A stretch of DNA of 64,000 bases from an uncultured Planctomycetota bacterium (lineage in GTDB: Bacteria; Planctomycetota; Planctomycetia; Isosphaerales; Isosphaeraceae), in assembly GCA_963845755.1 (NCBI GenBank), contig CAWJTV010000036.1:1-64000 (forward strand), given 5' to 3'. Below, piece after piece: positions 1 to 12,715 of the stretch. The translations under genes and the position numbers were made by a program. The number at the start of each line of letters is the position of its first letter. Positions within the stretch are counted from its first letter, which is position 1. The notes beneath the pieces are model-generated. The model was not told the origin of the DNA, did no database searches, and saw only the letters and a program-made list of their open reading frames with translations.

Positions 1-25
1 GAACGACTAAGGAGATTCCCGACGG

Positions 26-108
26 GGCCTCGTGGCGGAATGGCAGACGCGTCGGTCTTAGGAGCCGATGTCCGTAAGGACGTGGGAGTTCGAGTCTCCC
101 CGAGGCCA
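26..108 (+). tRNA. tRNA-Leu (anticodon TAG)
   Basis: Acceptor stem GGCCTCG/CGAGGCC with discriminator A; D-arm TGGCGGAATGGCAGACGC; anticodon arm TCGGT-CTTAGGA-GCCGA; long variable arm GTCCGTAAGGAC; T-arm GGGAGTTCGAGTCTCCC. CCA is not encoded after the discriminator. Confidence 0.96.
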
Positions 109-231
109 GTAAGGATTTGCGGCAAATGTTCTCACCCTGATCGAAGTCGGATCGGATCCAGTGCCACTCGGTCCCCTGATCGCCTGACGATCGGGTGGGG
201 AAGTCGAAGGGTCGGGCTTCCCTGCTGGGAG

Positions 232-1639
232 TCAGACCGCGAGGATTTGCCGGACGACGTGGCCAGAAACGTCCGTAAGGCGGTAGTCGCGGCCTCCGTG
301 TCGGTAGATCAGTCGTTCGTGATCGAAGCCCATGATGTGCAGGATCGTCGCGTGCAGGTCGTGGACGTGGACCTTGTCCTGCACGGCGTGCCAGCCGAAT
401 TCATCAGTGGCCCCGTGGACGTGGCCGGGTCGGACGCCTCCGCCGGCCATCCACATCGTGAAGCCGAAGGGGTGGTGCTCGCGGCCGTTGGTCCCCTCGG
501 CCGTCGGGGTGCGGCCGAACTCGCCGCCCCAGAGGACCAGCGTGTCGTCGAGCAACCCGCGCGCCTTCAAGTCGTGGAGGAGGGCGGCGATCGGGCGGTC
601 CACCGCGGCGCAGCGCTTGGGCAGGTTCTCGCGGAGGCCGCCGTGATGATCCCAGGCGTTATTCGCCGGGGCATCGAAGAGCTGGACGTAGCGCACGCCC
701 CGCTCCAGGAGTCGACGGGCCAGGAGGCACTGCCGGCCGAACAGGTCGGTCGTCGGCTCGCCGACCCCGTAGAGCCGTCGCGTCAGCGTGCTCTCGCGAT
801 CGATGTCGAAGGCTTCCGGTGCGTTCCGCTGCATGCGAAAGGCCAGCTCGAAGGACGCGATGCGGGCATCGAGCTGGCTGTCGATCACGCGGTCGCGCTT
901 GTGAAGTCGGTTGAGCCGCCCGATCGCGTCGAGCTTGGCACGCTGGACGGAGGCATCGCCCGTGGGGTCGGAGAGGTTGGCGATCGGGCGGCTGAGGTCG
1001 CGGACGAGGGTCCCCTGGTAGGCGCTCGGCAAGAAGCTGGAACTCCAGAGCTGGGCCCCCTGGAAGACGGCGGCCGGGCTCACCACCACGAAGGCCGGCA
1101 GGCTCTGATTCTCGGCCCCCAGGCCGTAAACGAGCCACGAACCGAGGCTCGGCCGGGAGAACGCCTGCTCGCCCGTGTTCATCTGCAAGGCCGCGCCGGT
1201 ATGGTTGATGTTGTCGGCGACCATCGACCGGATCACGCAGAGGTCGTCGGCGTGCGCCGCCAGGCACGGCAGGAGCTCGCTGATCTCGGTCCCGCACTCG
1301 CCATGCTTCCGGAACTTCCACGGGGAAGCCAGCAGGTTGCCGGTCTTGACGCGTTCCAGCCGGGGCTTCTCGAAGGGGAGCGGCTGGCCGTTCATCGCGG
1401 CGACCTTCGGCTTGGGGTCGAACAGATCGATATGAGACGGCCCGCCGGGCATGTAGAGGAACAGGCAGCGACTCGCGCGGGGTGTGGTGGGGGGTCCGGA
1501 CCGCGTATGGGTTGGCCGCCCGGTCGGGCCCGGGCGCCGCGAGTCCGGACGACTCGCCCGCGAGCAGGTCCGCGAGCGCCACGACGCCGAAGCCGGTGCC
1601 GGCTTGCGCCAGGAACTCGCGACGGGAGGTATTCGTCAT
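232..1639 (-). CDS. DUF1501 domain protein (sulfatase-like, Tat signal), frameshift near 1470
   Basis: N-terminus MTNTSRREFLAQAG in one frame; GGPSHIDLFDPKP, WGGEFGRTP, GRDHH-like (GREHHP), DLHATILH, RLTDVSG in the ORF 232..1452. Confidence 0.9.
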
Positions 1640-1675
1640 CGCCCACATCGGAATGACTCCCGCAGGATCGATGGA

Positions 1676-4069
1676 TCAGTCGACGCAAATAAACTCGTTG
1701 CTGCACAGCAGGACATGGGCAAGTCCCTGCCAGTCGGCCTCGCCCCGAGGTCTCCCGGGCCGGCCCAAGAACTGCCGGCACACCGCGGCCTCTTCCGGAC
1801 GTGCCGGCCTGCCGAACACGAGGCGGTAAGCCCGGTCGATCCGGGCGCACTCATCACCGGAGGTCTCGGCGCCCAACCGATCGGCCAGGTGCCGGGCCTG
1901 CGCGAGGACGAACGGGTGGTTCAGGAACAAAAGCGCCTGGGGCGCGACGGTCGAACGGGGTCCGTTTCTCGGTGGACGCGTCGGGGTTGGCCGCGTCGAA
2001 GAGCATCGCGAAGCTGCTCCGGTCCCACCGCGCCGTCTGGACGTAGAGCGACCGCCTCGGCGTGTCGATACCGTCCGCGGCCGGTCCCCCTGGCGTCCGG
2101 TCGAGCCGCCCGCTCACGCAGAGCATCGCGTCACGAATCTCCTCGGCGTCCAGCCGCCGCGCCGAGAACCGCCCGAGCCAGCGGTTCTCGGGGTCCCGGG
2201 AAAGTTCGTCGCGGCCCACGACGCTCGCCCGCCGGTAGGCGGCCGACAGCATGATGTCGCCGGTGTAGCTTCTTGAGAGACCAGCCGTCCTCGACGAACC
2301 GGGCCGCCAGCCAGTCCAGGAGTCTCGGGTGGGATGGGGGTTCCGAGAGCATGCCGAAATTGCTCGGCGTGCGCACGAGCCCCTCGCCGAAGTGCCACTG
2401 CCAGACGCGGTTGACGATCACCCGAGCGGTGAGCGGGTTCGCGGCCGATGCCACCCAGCGGGCGAGCTCACGCCGGCCGCTCCCTTCACGGACGGGCGGC
2501 TGCGCTTCACCCGCGAAGAACCGCGGCAACCGCCGCGCGACCACCGGACCGAGCCGGGCGTAACTGCCGCGGATGTGGACGGGCACGTCCTGGATCCCGG
2601 GAAACAGGCCCCCCGGAGTCCCCCCCTCCTGCACGGCCATCGCCAGGGGTGGCTCGGCGGGAAGCTCGCACCTCAGCCGGTCGCGCTCGGCGATGAGCCC
2701 GGCCCGTTGCTTCTCCGACGCCTCGGACCGCGTCCCCTTCTCGACCGCGGCTAGCTTCGCCTCGACCTCCGCGATCGCCCGGAGGTGCTTTTCCCGAGCT
2801 TCGACCCGTGGCCCTGGGGACGAGTGGCACTCGGTTCATGACATACTCGGCCCCCTTGGCACCGAGATCCTTGAGGATATGGGTGCTGTAGAAGATGCCG
2901 GCGAGGGCGTAGTAGTCCTGGTGGGAGACCGGATCGAACTTATGGTCGTGGCAGCGAGCGCAGCCGAGAGTCAGGCCGAGGAACGCCTTGCCCACGGTGT
3001 CGATCTGGTCGTCGACCATATCGCTGACGATCTTCTCCTTGTCGGCGTCGCCGCGGTCCCAGACGCCGTTGGAGAGGAACGTCGTGGCGATCAGGCCGTC
3101 CGGGTAGATTTCCCCACCGTCGGGGACAGGCAGGAGGTCTCCGGCGATCTGGTGGATGATGAACCGGTCGAACCGGAGGTCGCGGTTGAACGCATCGACC
3201 ACCCAGTCGCGGTACCGCCAGGCCTCGGTCAGCTCGCAACTGGCCGTGCGAGTCTGGGGATTGGCGTCGTAGTAGTCGGCATAGCGGGCGACGTCGAGCC
3301 AGTGCCGGGCCCAGCGCTGGCCGTAGGCCGGCGAGGCCAGGAGCCGGTCAACCACGCGATCGAACGCCAGGAACGATGCGTCCGCCAGGAACGACTCGAT
3401 CTCGTCGGGCGAGGGCGGGAGACCGGTCAGGTCGAACGTGGCGCGGCGGATCCAGGTCCGCCGGTCCGCCGGGGGGGCGGGCGCGATGCCTTTGGATCTC
3501 GAGGCCTCCAGGAGGAAATCATCGATCGGATTCTCGGCGGAGCGCGGGCCGTTTGGAGTCGATGGCGTCTCGCTCCGGACGGGCTGGAAAGCCCACCAAC
3601 GCCGCTGGGCAGGGGTCGGCTCGAATCGCGCCGGACTCGTCGTGCGGGCCGCCGACGAGGGCCACGGCGCCCCCGAGGCGACCCATCGCTCCAGCGCCGC
3701 GATCTCGGCCGCAGTCAGCTTCTGCTTCGGCGGCATCTTCGGTTCGTCGAGGTACCGCACCGCCTGGATGAGTCGACTCTCCTCCGGCGCGTTCGGGACG
3801 ACGGCCGGTCCACTGTCTCCCCCCTTCAGGAGCGACCCGCGGTCGGTCATGCGGAGCCCGGCCTTCGCCTTTCCCGGACCGTGGCAAGGCTGGCACTTCG
3901 CGACGATCAGCGGGCGGATTGACTTCTCGAAGAACTCGATCGCGGACGGATCCTCGGCCATCGATGGGGTCGCCTGGAGCGCAAGCGACAGGGCGGCGGC
4001 GACCAGCATCCGACGGCCCATTCGCCGACGGATCTCGCTCCGGACCCTTGATCGTGAGGATTCAATCAT
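1676..4069 (-). CDS. Planctomycete cytochrome c / DUF1549 / DUF1553 (PSCyt1-PSCyt2-PSD1) protein, several frameshifts
   Basis: [81 protein letters not shown] spread over consecutive minus-strand ORFs. Confidence 0.88.
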
Positions 4070-4287
4070 GAGAATAACCTCACCTACGAGGCGTCGTCCC
4101 CTCCCCGGGAGTCTCATGTCCCGGGACCCGCTGTCAAACTATTGTTGGAGAATCACCGCCCGCTTACAATACCTTTCGACCCGTGGGGGGCGATCGTATC
4201 CGAGGCGCGGCGCACGGGCTCCCCGGGCTGTCATCACGAAGCGAGGGTCGGGTTTCGCGAAGCGGAGCCCCCCTTGGAGACCGGATC

Positions 4288-5180
4288 ATGGACTTTCACG
4301 GGATCATTCCGCCGGTCGCCACCCCGATGAAGGCCGACGAGGACCTGGACCTTCCCCGTTTCCGATGGTTCCTCGATCACCTGATCGGCAACGGCGTGCA
4401 CGGCCTCTTCGTCCTCGGCACCAACAGCGAGTTCTGTTCCCTGGACGAGCGCGAGAAGCAGGAGGTGGTGGCCACCGCGGTGTCTCACGTAAACGGGCGA
4501 GTCCCGGTCCTTGCCGGCACCGGGGCCGAGTCGACGCGCGAGGTCATACGCCTGACGAAGATGGCCGAGCGCGAAGAGGCCGACGGCGTCTCGATCATCA
4601 CGCCCTACTTCATCCTGCCGAACCAGCGGGAGATCTTCGACCACTACCGGCGCATTGCCGAGAGCACCCGCCTTCCGGTCTTCCTCTACAACAACCCGGC
4701 CACGTGCGGCGGCGTGAAGATCGACGTCAACACGCTGGCCCGCCTCGCGGAAATCTCCAACATCGTCGGCATCAAGGACAGCAGCGGCGACCTCCAGAAC
4801 ACGGCCGAGTACATCCGGGTCGTCCCGGACCGGTTCAGTGTCATGACCGGCCGGGATACGCTCATCTTCTACGGCCTGATGGCCGGCGCCGCGGGGCGGT
4901 CCCGGCCACCGGCAACATCGCGCCGGCCCTGCTCGTGGAGATCTATGAGCGCTACCGTGCCGGCGACCTCGAGGGCGCGAAGGCCGCCCAGGACCGATTG
5001 AGCCCGCTGCGTCTGGCGCTGACCCTGTGCACCACCCCGGCCGGATTGAAAGCGGCCTTGCGCCTCATCGGCCTACCGATCGGTCCCTGCCGTTCTCCGG
5101 TCTCGGACCTGCCGCCGGAAAAAGAACCCCAGATGCGAGCGGCCCTGCGCACGGCGGGCCTCCTGCCGGGCACACCCTGA
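4288..5180 (+). CDS. Dihydrodipicolinate synthase / DapA-family aldolase, frameshift near 4890
   Basis: GIIPPVATP, LGTNSEF, YNNP, Schiff-base motif GIKDSSGD; the C-terminal half (GAVPATGNIAP...LKAALRLIG) is in another frame. Confidence 0.88.
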
Positions 5181-5250
5181 TCGCGCCGCCCAGGCCGCCC
5201 CTTGTGATGATCCGCATCGTCAGGGATGACGTCGTGAGAGGAGACCCGCG

Positions 5251-6630
5251 ATGAGAGGGTGTCTGGTCGTGCTGGCGAGCCTGTTGCTCTTCCCTTTCGC
5301 TTCCCGGGGCGAGGACCGGGTTCTCGACTGGGTGAAGGTCACCGACAGGGCCGGATGGCGGCCGCGCGACTCCAGCGGCGAGGTGGCCTACAAGGGCCGG
5401 CTCTGGCTCCTCGGCGGGTGGTTCGACTCCTTCTCGGCACCCCCGCGCGACGTCTGGAGTTCGCCCGACGGGAGAGCCTGGAAGCTCGTGACCCCCGAGG
5501 CACCCTGGAAGCACAGCGACCTGCCGATGACGGTGGTCTTCCACGACCGGATGTGGCTCCTGGGAGGCTGGTACAACGGCCGGCTCCCGGGCCACGGTGC
5601 CAGGAACGCGGTCTGGTCGTCGAGCGACGGCCAGACGTGGGAACTGGCGACGGATCACGCCGGTTGGAGCCCGCGGCTCGCGGCCGGCGCGGTGGTCTTC
5701 AAGGGACGCCTGTGGATCCTCGGCGGCACGGAAGACTATTACTTCGGCGACGACTCGAGCCTCAAGAACGACGTCTGGTCGTCCGCCGACGGCAAGGCAT
5801 GGAAGCAGGAGGTTTCGAATGCCCCCTGGTCACCCAGGGCCTACCACACGGCCCTCGTGCACGACGGCAAGATCTGGGTGCTCGGCGGCGGCAACTACGT
5901 CCCGCGATACGAGGCCCGGAACGACATCTGGAGCTCGTCCGACGGCGTGCACTGGGATCGCGTCGCCGAGCACGCCCCATGGGCTCCGCGGATCTGGTTC
6001 TCCGCGGTCGTCTATCGAGACCGGATGTGGGTCCTGGGCGGCTGGTCGAACCATCCCGCGAAGAACTGGGGCGACGTCTGGTATTCTCGGGATGGTAAGG
6101 ACTGGGCGAAACTCCGGTCGAACGTCGTCTGGAAGGAGCGCCACGAGCACTCCGCCTACGTCCTGCACGACAAGATTTGGGTGGCGGGCGGACACGCCCA
6201 GCCGCTCAGCAGCGAGGTCTGGTCCCTCGAGGTCCCGCGCGACTGGTTCGAGGTGAGACCCGACGCATCGAGACGGGATCGGGTGGATGGCCGCGACGTT
6301 TCCGCCCGAGGTCTGCCAGAACTTCACCCTGCTGTCGATCTATCACGACCATCGACAGTAGAGTCGTCCTCCGTAAGATCCCTCGCCGTGCGCGCATCTG
6401 GGGATTCCGAATTCCGGATTCGCGATTCCGGATTCCCGGATCATTCCCCTTCGGGAATCCGGAATCGCGAATCGGGAATCCCGATTGGGTTGCGGCCGAA
6501 GGCCGCGTTAGGGCTTTACTCGATGTGGCTGGCCGGTTCCCTCGACTCCCTCGATGGTCAACAGCCTTCGAATGGCTTCGCTGACTGCCTCGAAGAACCG
6601 ATTGCGATCAGTATCGTCACTCATCTGTGA
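5251..6630 (+). CDS. Secreted Kelch-repeat beta-propeller protein; the true C-terminus is probably near 6260
   Basis: Signal peptide, then six repeats of (L/M/I)WxLGG...DVWSSxDG..W. The tail after ~6260 reads through a palindromic repeat and looks non-coding. Confidence 0.8.
   Translation: MRGCLVVLASLLLFPFASRGEDRVLDWVKVTDRAGWRPRDSSGEVAYKGRLWLLGGWFDSFSAPPRDVWSSPDGRAWKLVTPEAPWKHSDLPMTVVFHDRMWLLGGWYNGRLPGHGARNAVWSSSDGQTWELATDHAGWSPRLAAGAVVFKGRLWILGGTEDYYFGDDSSLKNDVWSSADGKAWKQEVSNAPWSPRAYHTALVHDGKIWVLGGGNYVPRYEARNDIWSSSDGVHWDRVAEHAPWAPRIWFSAVVYRDRMWVLGGWSNHPAKNWGDVWYSRDGKDWAKLRSNVVWKERHEHSAYVLHDKIWVAGGHAQPLSSEVWSLEVPRDWFEVRPDASRRDRVDGRDVSARGLPELHPAVDLSRPSTVESSSVRSLAVRASGDSEFRIRDSGFPDHSPSGIRNRESGIPIGLRPKAALGLYSMWLAGSLDSLDGQQPSNGFADCLEEPIAISIVTHL
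6377..6513. repeat. Palindromic heptamer-array element, copy 1
   Basis: GATTCCG-type heptamers, then inverted CGGAATC-type heptamers and a terminal hairpin GCGGCCGAAGGCCGC; second copy at ~26913-27053. Confidence 0.8.
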
Positions 6631-7429
6631 TCGCCCCAGCAGGTCTGCTCAAGCCCACGGTAGACGGGTCTACGGCTTGCGTAGGATGCGGGTTTATCGG
6701 GGATTTCCCCGATGGGGGGTCGGCATTCGTGGTTGTCAACTGCGCATCCCGATTCGATACGTAAGCCAGGACTTCGTCCAGCGACACGACATCGGCGAAC
6801 CGAGCTTGAATGTCGAACAAGGTCCAGTGGTGAGCGACGGGAGAGCGGTCACCGACGCACTCGCGAACGATGATCGGGCGAAATCGATAGCTCTTCGCGT
6901 CCGTGGCGGTCGCGCGGATGCAGGCACTGGTACTGCAACCGGTGATCAGCAGGGTATCTACGCCATGTCCGATCAGATAGGGGGCGAGGTGCGTGCCGAA
7001 GAACGCGCTGGCGTTCTCCTTCTCCAGGACCAAGTCGTGGGGAAGCGGCGCGACGCGCTCGTCGATGCGGCAAGCACGTTCGTCCCACGCCCGAAATCCT
7101 GGGGATCGGTCGGCTGCGGACTTGAAGGGCTGATCGCCACTGCCCGGCCGCCAGGGACTGGTCGTATACACGACGGGCAGCGCCCGGGCACGCGCCACAT
7201 CGAGCAGGCGCCGGGTGGCCTCGACCGGGCCATCCAGCCGTCGACTTCCTCCGGCGTACGCCTCGTCGGTCCATCCGTATGCGAAATCGACGATGACGAG
7301 GGCCGGCGAGCGGCCGAACCCGAATCGGTCCTGGAAGATCCCTCTCGCCCGATACTCCTCCTCCACCGACCGGAAGGCGTCCTGGAGCAAGCATCGGGCT
7401 TCTTCGTCCGAGAGTGGCATTCGAGGCAT
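6617..7429 (-). CDS. Isochorismatase-family hydrolase (N-carbamoylsarcosine amidase / maleamate amidohydrolase-like)
   Basis: ALVIVDF, KENASAFFGT, ITGCSTSACIRATATDA (catalytic D-K-C triad). Confidence 0.9.
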   Translation of the reverse strand: MPRMPLSDEEARCLLQDAFRSVEEEYRARGIFQDRFGFGRSPALVIVDFAYGWTDEAYAGGSRRLDGPVEATRRLLDVARARALPVVYTTSPWRPGSGDQPFKSAADRSPGFRAWDERACRIDERVAPLPHDLVLEKENASAFFGTHLAPYLIGHGVDTLLITGCSTSACIRATATDAKSYRFRPIIVRECVGDRSPVAHHWTLFDIQARFADVVSLDEVLAYVSNRDAQLTTTNADPPSGKSPINPHPTQAVDPSTVGLSRPAGAITDE

Positions 7430-7664
7430 CCTCAATTTGGGATCTGATGTTCAAGACCGCGGCGGCCTGGCGTGATGGACGGGTACCTGCCGCCCGTCGT
7501 AGGAGATGATAACGACCAGGGACTCGGTCGTGTACTCCCGAGAGTCACCGTGGCGCCCCACGTCCCGCGCGTTCCTTCGTGGAATACCGCCCATCGCCTG
7601 CTTCGCGTCATGGTACGATGTCGAACGACCGTCTCCGACGAACCATCCATGAGGAGTCCCCGCC

Positions 7665-8505
7665 ATGGCTCGCACCGATCATCGTCCTGGCCGCGCTGGC
7701 GTTCGTCGCCTACCAGGCCCCCGCACCCGATCCGATCCGCCCCGACTCGGACAGCCCCCGGCCGATCCCGGCGCACGATACCGTCTTCATGGAAGACATG
7801 ACCTGGATGGAGATCCGCGACGCCATGAAGGCCGGCAAGGTCACAGCGATCGTCGCGACCGGCGGCATTGAGCAGAACGGGCCGTACCTCGTGGCGGGCA
7901 AGCACAACGTTGTGCTCCGAGCCACAACCGAGGCCATCGCCCGCAAGCTCGGCGACGCTCTGGTCGCGCCGATCGTCCCGTTCGTCCCCGAGGGGGATAT
8001 CGACCCGCCCACCGAGCACATGAGATACCCCTCGACGATCGGAGTCACCGAGGGCACCTACCGGGCCCTGCTGGCCGAGATCTGCGCCTGCCTCCGCACG
8101 CACGGCTTCCGCCGGATCGTCCTGATCGGCGACAGCGGCGGGAACCAGAAGGGGATGGAGGCGGTGGCCAGCGACCTGAACGCGACGTGGTCGGGCGGTA
8201 AGACCAGAGTCTATTATATCAAGGAGTATTACAACTATCCTGATGTGGCGAAGTGGCTGGAGACCCAGGGCGTTGCGCAGACCCCCGAGGGCCTGCACGA
8301 TGACTTCGCGATCACGGCGCAGATGGCGGCGGTGGACCCGAACAGCGTGCGTGCGGAGGAGCGGATCAAGGCCGGGAGATTCCGGATCAACGGCGTGGAC
8401 CTGGCCCCGGTCGGGAAGACGGCCGCCTGGGGCCGGAAGATCGCAGACTACCGGGCGGAGGCCACGATCGCGGCCCTGCGGCGGGCGATGGCAGCGGCGA
8501 AGTGA
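7665..8505 (+). CDS. Creatininase family protein with signal peptide (likely indel just after the start codon)
   Basis: MEDMTWMEIRDA, TGGIEQNGP, IGDSGGNQ, EGLHDD; GAGGAG precedes the ATG at 7665. Confidence 0.85.
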
Positions 8506-8691
8506 TCGGCGTCGGTGCGGGGGTCCCTTCGAATGGCACCGGGCTTCCGATCGTCCGCCTTGACAAACGGGACGACTTGGTAGACGCTGAGATCGTGGAA
8601 CCCCCCCTCGGCTTCTTCGAGGTCCGTGGGCGGGAAGGACTTCGGCGCGACCGACCTGATCAACCCGCACCCCCGCCACTTGAACCCGACC

Positions 8692-11222
8692 ATGATACGA
8701 CTTCGACCCGGCGTCATTGCCGTGATGCTGTCACTCTGTGGCAGTGGGGCGATCGGGCCAGCCTCCGGCGCCCCGCGGTCGGATCCTGCGCGCGTGAACG
8801 ACGCGGCGACTCTCGGCGCCGCGGAGCAGCAGTTCTTCGAAAAGCAGGTGCGCCCGCTCTTCATCAAGCATTGTTATCAATGTCATTCGTCGGGGGCGAA
8901 AACTCTGAAGGGGGGCCTGCATCTCGACAGCCGCGGCGGATGGATGAAGGGGGGAGACAGTGGTCCGGCGGTCGTGCCCGTGCGCCGGAAAAGAGCCTGT
9001 TGATCGAAGCGATTCGCTATGAATCGCTCGAGATGCCCCCGCGGGGGAAACTGCCGGACGCGGAAATCGCCGTGCTGGAACGATGGGTCAGGATGGAGGC
9101 GCCCGATCCCCGAACCGACACCGCACCGAACGGGCCCTCGCGGGCTGATCGCGACGCGGGGCGTTCGCATTGGGCGTTCCGACCGATCGCCAAGCCGCCC
9201 GTCCCGCGGGTGAAGGACGTCGCCTGGCCACGCTCCGACGTCGATCGATTCATCCTCGCAAAGCTCGAGTCGGAGGGGCTGACTCCCGTCGCCGACGCCG
9301 ACAGGCCAACGTGGCTGCGACGCGTCTTCTTCGACCTGGTCGGCCTTCCGCCGACGCCGGCCGAGATCGAGTCGTTCCTCCAGGACGACGCTCCCGACGC
9401 ATTTTCGAGGGTCGCCGATGCCCTCCTGGGCCGCCCCGAGTTCGGTCAACGCTGGGGCCGTCACTGGCTCGACGTCGCGCGTTATGCCGACTCCAACGGG
9501 TCGGATGAGAACTTCACCTACTACGACGCCTGGCATTATCGCAATTACGTGATCGGCGCATTCAACGCCGACAAGCCATTCGACCGATTCGTCACCGAGC
9601 AACTGGCCGGCGACCTGCTCCCGTCCCGCACCCAGCAGGAGCGGGACGACAACATCGTGGCGACCGGGTTCCTGGTCGTGGGGCCCAAGGTCATCGGCGC
9701 GACCGATAAGACTCAGCTCCAGGTCGATGTGATCGACGAGCAGGTTGACACAATCGGCAAGGCCTTTCTCGGGTTGACGATCGGCTGTGCGCGATGTCAC
9801 GACCACAAGTTCGACCCCATCTCCGCGCGCGACTATTACGCCCTGGCCGGCATCCTGGCGAGTACCGAGACGATTCACGGCAATCTGCTCAATCGGCGCG
9901 ATCTTACGGGGTGGAACCTCCATCCGCTCGGATCGGGCGGCCAGGCCGCCTACGAGGCCTTCCTGGCACACGAGAAGTCCCTCGACGGCCGGATGAAGGA
10001 ACAGAAGGAGCTCCAGGCGAGGCGGGACGCCTTGAAGAAAGGGGGCAAACCCGCCGATGGCGAGAAACCGGACAAGGCGAATCCGCAGGCGCCTGCCGAT
10101 CCCAAGGCCGAACTTCAACGGATCGAGGAACGGCTCGCCGTGCTGAAGCGGGAGATCGCGAAACAGAAGGCGAACCCTCCTCCGCGCCCGCGGCTGGCGA
10201 TGTCCGTGAACGATCAAGAGCGTCCCGGCCCGATCGCGATCTGCATTCGCGGCGATGCTCACAACCGGGGAGAGACGGTTCCCCGCGGGTTCGTCTCGAT
10301 CGTCGAGCCCCCCTCACCGGACATCGGGCCGGATGTCAGCGGCCGGGCGCAGCTCGCCGAGTGGCTCACCGGCGCCCGGAATCCGCTCACCAGCCGGGTG
10401 GCCGTGAACCGAGTCTGGGAGCACCTGTTCGGACAGGGGCTGGTCGGCACGCCGGACGACTTCGGCACGCGAGGCGAGGCCCCCTCGAATCCGGAATTAC
10501 TCGACCATCTGGCCCGGCAATTCATGCGACAGGGTTGGTCGTTGAAGCGATTGATCCGCGACCTGGTGCTTAGCCGGACTTATCTCTTGAGTTCGAATTA
10601 CGATCGCGCGGGTGCATCGCGGGATCCGGAGAATCGCTGGTTGTGGCGAATGAACCGCCGCCGCCTCCAGGTCGAGGCGTTGCGCGACGGGCTGTTAGCC
10701 GTGAGCGGGCAGCTCGACCGGTCGCCGACCGAATCGGTCGTCGCCGACCTGAATATCCAGGCCACTGGCGTGGGGGTCAAGCCGAACAAGCCGGTGCGCA
10801 GCGTCAGACGGACCATCTACTTGCCGGTGGTCCGCAACGACCTCTCCTCGCTGTTCCAACTGTTCGATTTCGGCGATGCCCTATCCGTGAACGGTCGACG
10901 CAGCACCACGAATGTGGCGCCGCAGGCGCTGTTCATGATGAACAGTCCGCTGGTCCTCGAGGCGGCAAACCGCACGGCCACAAGCGTCCTCGCAGGCTGC
11001 GATGTCTCCGACGAGCACCAGGTCCTCGAGCGATTCACCATACGCATCCTGGGACGTCCGCCGCGGCCCGACGAGATCGAGCCCTCGCTGACGCTGGTCC
11101 ATGCGGTCCTGGCGGAGTCGTCGTCATCCGAAAAGGCGGTCGACGGGTCGGCGAGAGTGCGAGCCTGGGCGGTCCTCAGCCAGGCGCTGTTCTGTTCGAC
11201 GGGCTTCCAGTATCTCGATTGA
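8692..11222 (+). CDS. Planctomycete cytochrome c / DUF1549 / DUF1553 protein, frameshift near 8985
   Basis: [75 protein letters not shown]. Confidence 0.9.
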
Positions 11223-11233
11223 GGAGGGGCCGG

Positions 11234-12646
11234 ATGTTCGGATCGCAGCCGATCGGGATCTCGCGACGGGCGCTCCTCAAGGACGCCGCCTGTGGATTCG
11301 GATACCTGGCTTTCGCGGGCCTCGCTGCCGAGACCGCCGCGGCCGAGCCAAACCCGCTTGCCGCGAAGGTGCCGCATCTGGCCCCGAGAGCGAAGCGCGT
11401 GATCTTCATGTTCATGCATGGCGGGCCCAGCCAGGTCGATACCTTCGACTACAAGCCCACGCTGGCCAAATACTCGAGCCAGCCGGCCCCTTTCGTGAAG
11501 GCCGACGACGACGCGCCGCGCAAGAAGAAGACCCCATTGCTGCGCCAGTGCCCCTGGAAATTCGCCCAGCACGGCCAGAGTGGGCGCTGGGTCTCGGAGC
11601 TGTTCCCGCACGTCGCCCGCCACGTGGATGACCTGTGCGTCATCAACAGCATGTACACCGAAGGCCGCGCCCACGGGGAAGCCACCCTGCGGCTGCACAC
11701 GGGGACCGCCAGTTTTGTTCGACCGTCGCTCGGGTCGTGGGTCACCTATGGCCTGGGGACCGAGAACAGCAACCTGCCCGGCTTCATCACGATCGCCCCG
11801 CCGCGTGCGCACGGTGGCGTCCAGAACTATTCGAGCGCGTTCCTGCCGGCCATCTATCAGGGGACGGCGATCGGCACGGCCGACGTCCCGGTGGAGAATG
11901 CCTCGATCCCTTTCCTCGTCAACGACAACCTTTCCCCAGCGATGCAGCGTCGGCAGCTCGACCTGATCCAGCGGCTGAACGTGTCCCACCTCCGACGGTC
12001 CAGAGACGATGCCCAGATCGAAGGGATGGTGCAGTCGTACGAGCTCGCCTTCCGCATGCAGTCGGCGGCGCCGTCGGTGCTCGAATTGGCCGGGGAGTCG
12101 GAGGCCACGCGGAGACTGTACGGCATTGGGACCCGAGAGACCGACGACTTCGGCCGGCAATGCCTGCTGGCACGCCGCTTCGCCGAATCCGGAGTCCGCT
12201 TCATCCAGATCTCCACGGGCTATCTGTGGGACCAGCACGAGAAGCTGGTCAGCGGACACGAGAAGATCGCCCAAGCGGTCGATCGTCCCATCGCCGGGCT
12301 GCTCACCGACCTCAAGTCCCGCGGGCTGCTGGAGGACACGCTGGTCTTCTGGGGCGCCGAGTTCGGGCGCACGCCGTATACCGAAGGGATCGACGGGCGC
12401 GACCACAATCCCGAGGGGTATTCCGTCTGGCTGGCCGGCGGCGGCGTCAAGGCCGGCATCGCGTACGGCCGGACCGATGAGTTCGGTTTCGCCGCGATCG
12501 AAGACAAGGTGCACTATCACGACCTTCACGCCACCATCCTCTACCTGCTGGGTCTGGACCACGAGCGCCTGACCTATCGTTATTCGGGTCGCGATTTCCG
12601 ATTGACCGACGTCTACGGCCGGGTGGTCCACGACATCCTCGCCTGA
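11234..12646 (+). CDS. DUF1501 domain protein (Tat signal)
   Basis: [56 protein letters not shown] upstream. Confidence 0.92.
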   Translation: MFGSQPIGISRRALLKDAACGFGYLAFAGLAAETAAAEPNPLAAKVPHLAPRAKRVIFMFMHGGPSQVDTFDYKPTLAKYSSQPAPFVKADDDAPRKKKTPLLRQCPWKFAQHGQSGRWVSELFPHVARHVDDLCVINSMYTEGRAHGEATLRLHTGTASFVRPSLGSWVTYGLGTENSNLPGFITIAPPRAHGGVQNYSSAFLPAIYQGTAIGTADVPVENASIPFLVNDNLSPAMQRRQLDLIQRLNVSHLRRSRDDAQIEGMVQSYELAFRMQSAAPSVLELAGESEATRRLYGIGTRETDDFGRQCLLARRFAESGVRFIQISTGYLWDQHEKLVSGHEKIAQAVDRPIAGLLTDLKSRGLLEDTLVFWGAEFGRTPYTEGIDGRDHNPEGYSVWLAGGGVKAGIAYGRTDEFGFAAIEDKVHYHDLHATILYLLGLDHERLTYRYSGRDFRLTDVYGRVVHDILA

Positions 12647-12715
12647 CCGCCCGATCCGATTCCCGAGGGATTGCCTCCTTCCCACTCATCACGAGCCAAC
12701 CCACGGAGAGTTGCC

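Noticed and set aside
26..108. tRNA as integration site of a genomic island
   Set aside because: No integrase nearby, and I saw no duplicate of the tRNA 3' end in the window.
40..1656. Long ORFs antisense to real genes (e.g. 40..1656, 10817..12685, 29727..31700, 52243..53931)
   Set aside because: Shadow ORFs typical of high-GC DNA; the opposite strand carries the recognisable family motifs.
4288..5180. Assigning the symbol dapA
   Set aside because: The motif is GTNSE rather than GTTGE and the context is catabolic; only family-level assignment is supported.
6260..6630. Extra C-terminal domain on the Kelch protein
   Set aside because: The tail is the translation of a palindromic DNA repeat plus intergenic sequence, probably read-through from a lost stop.
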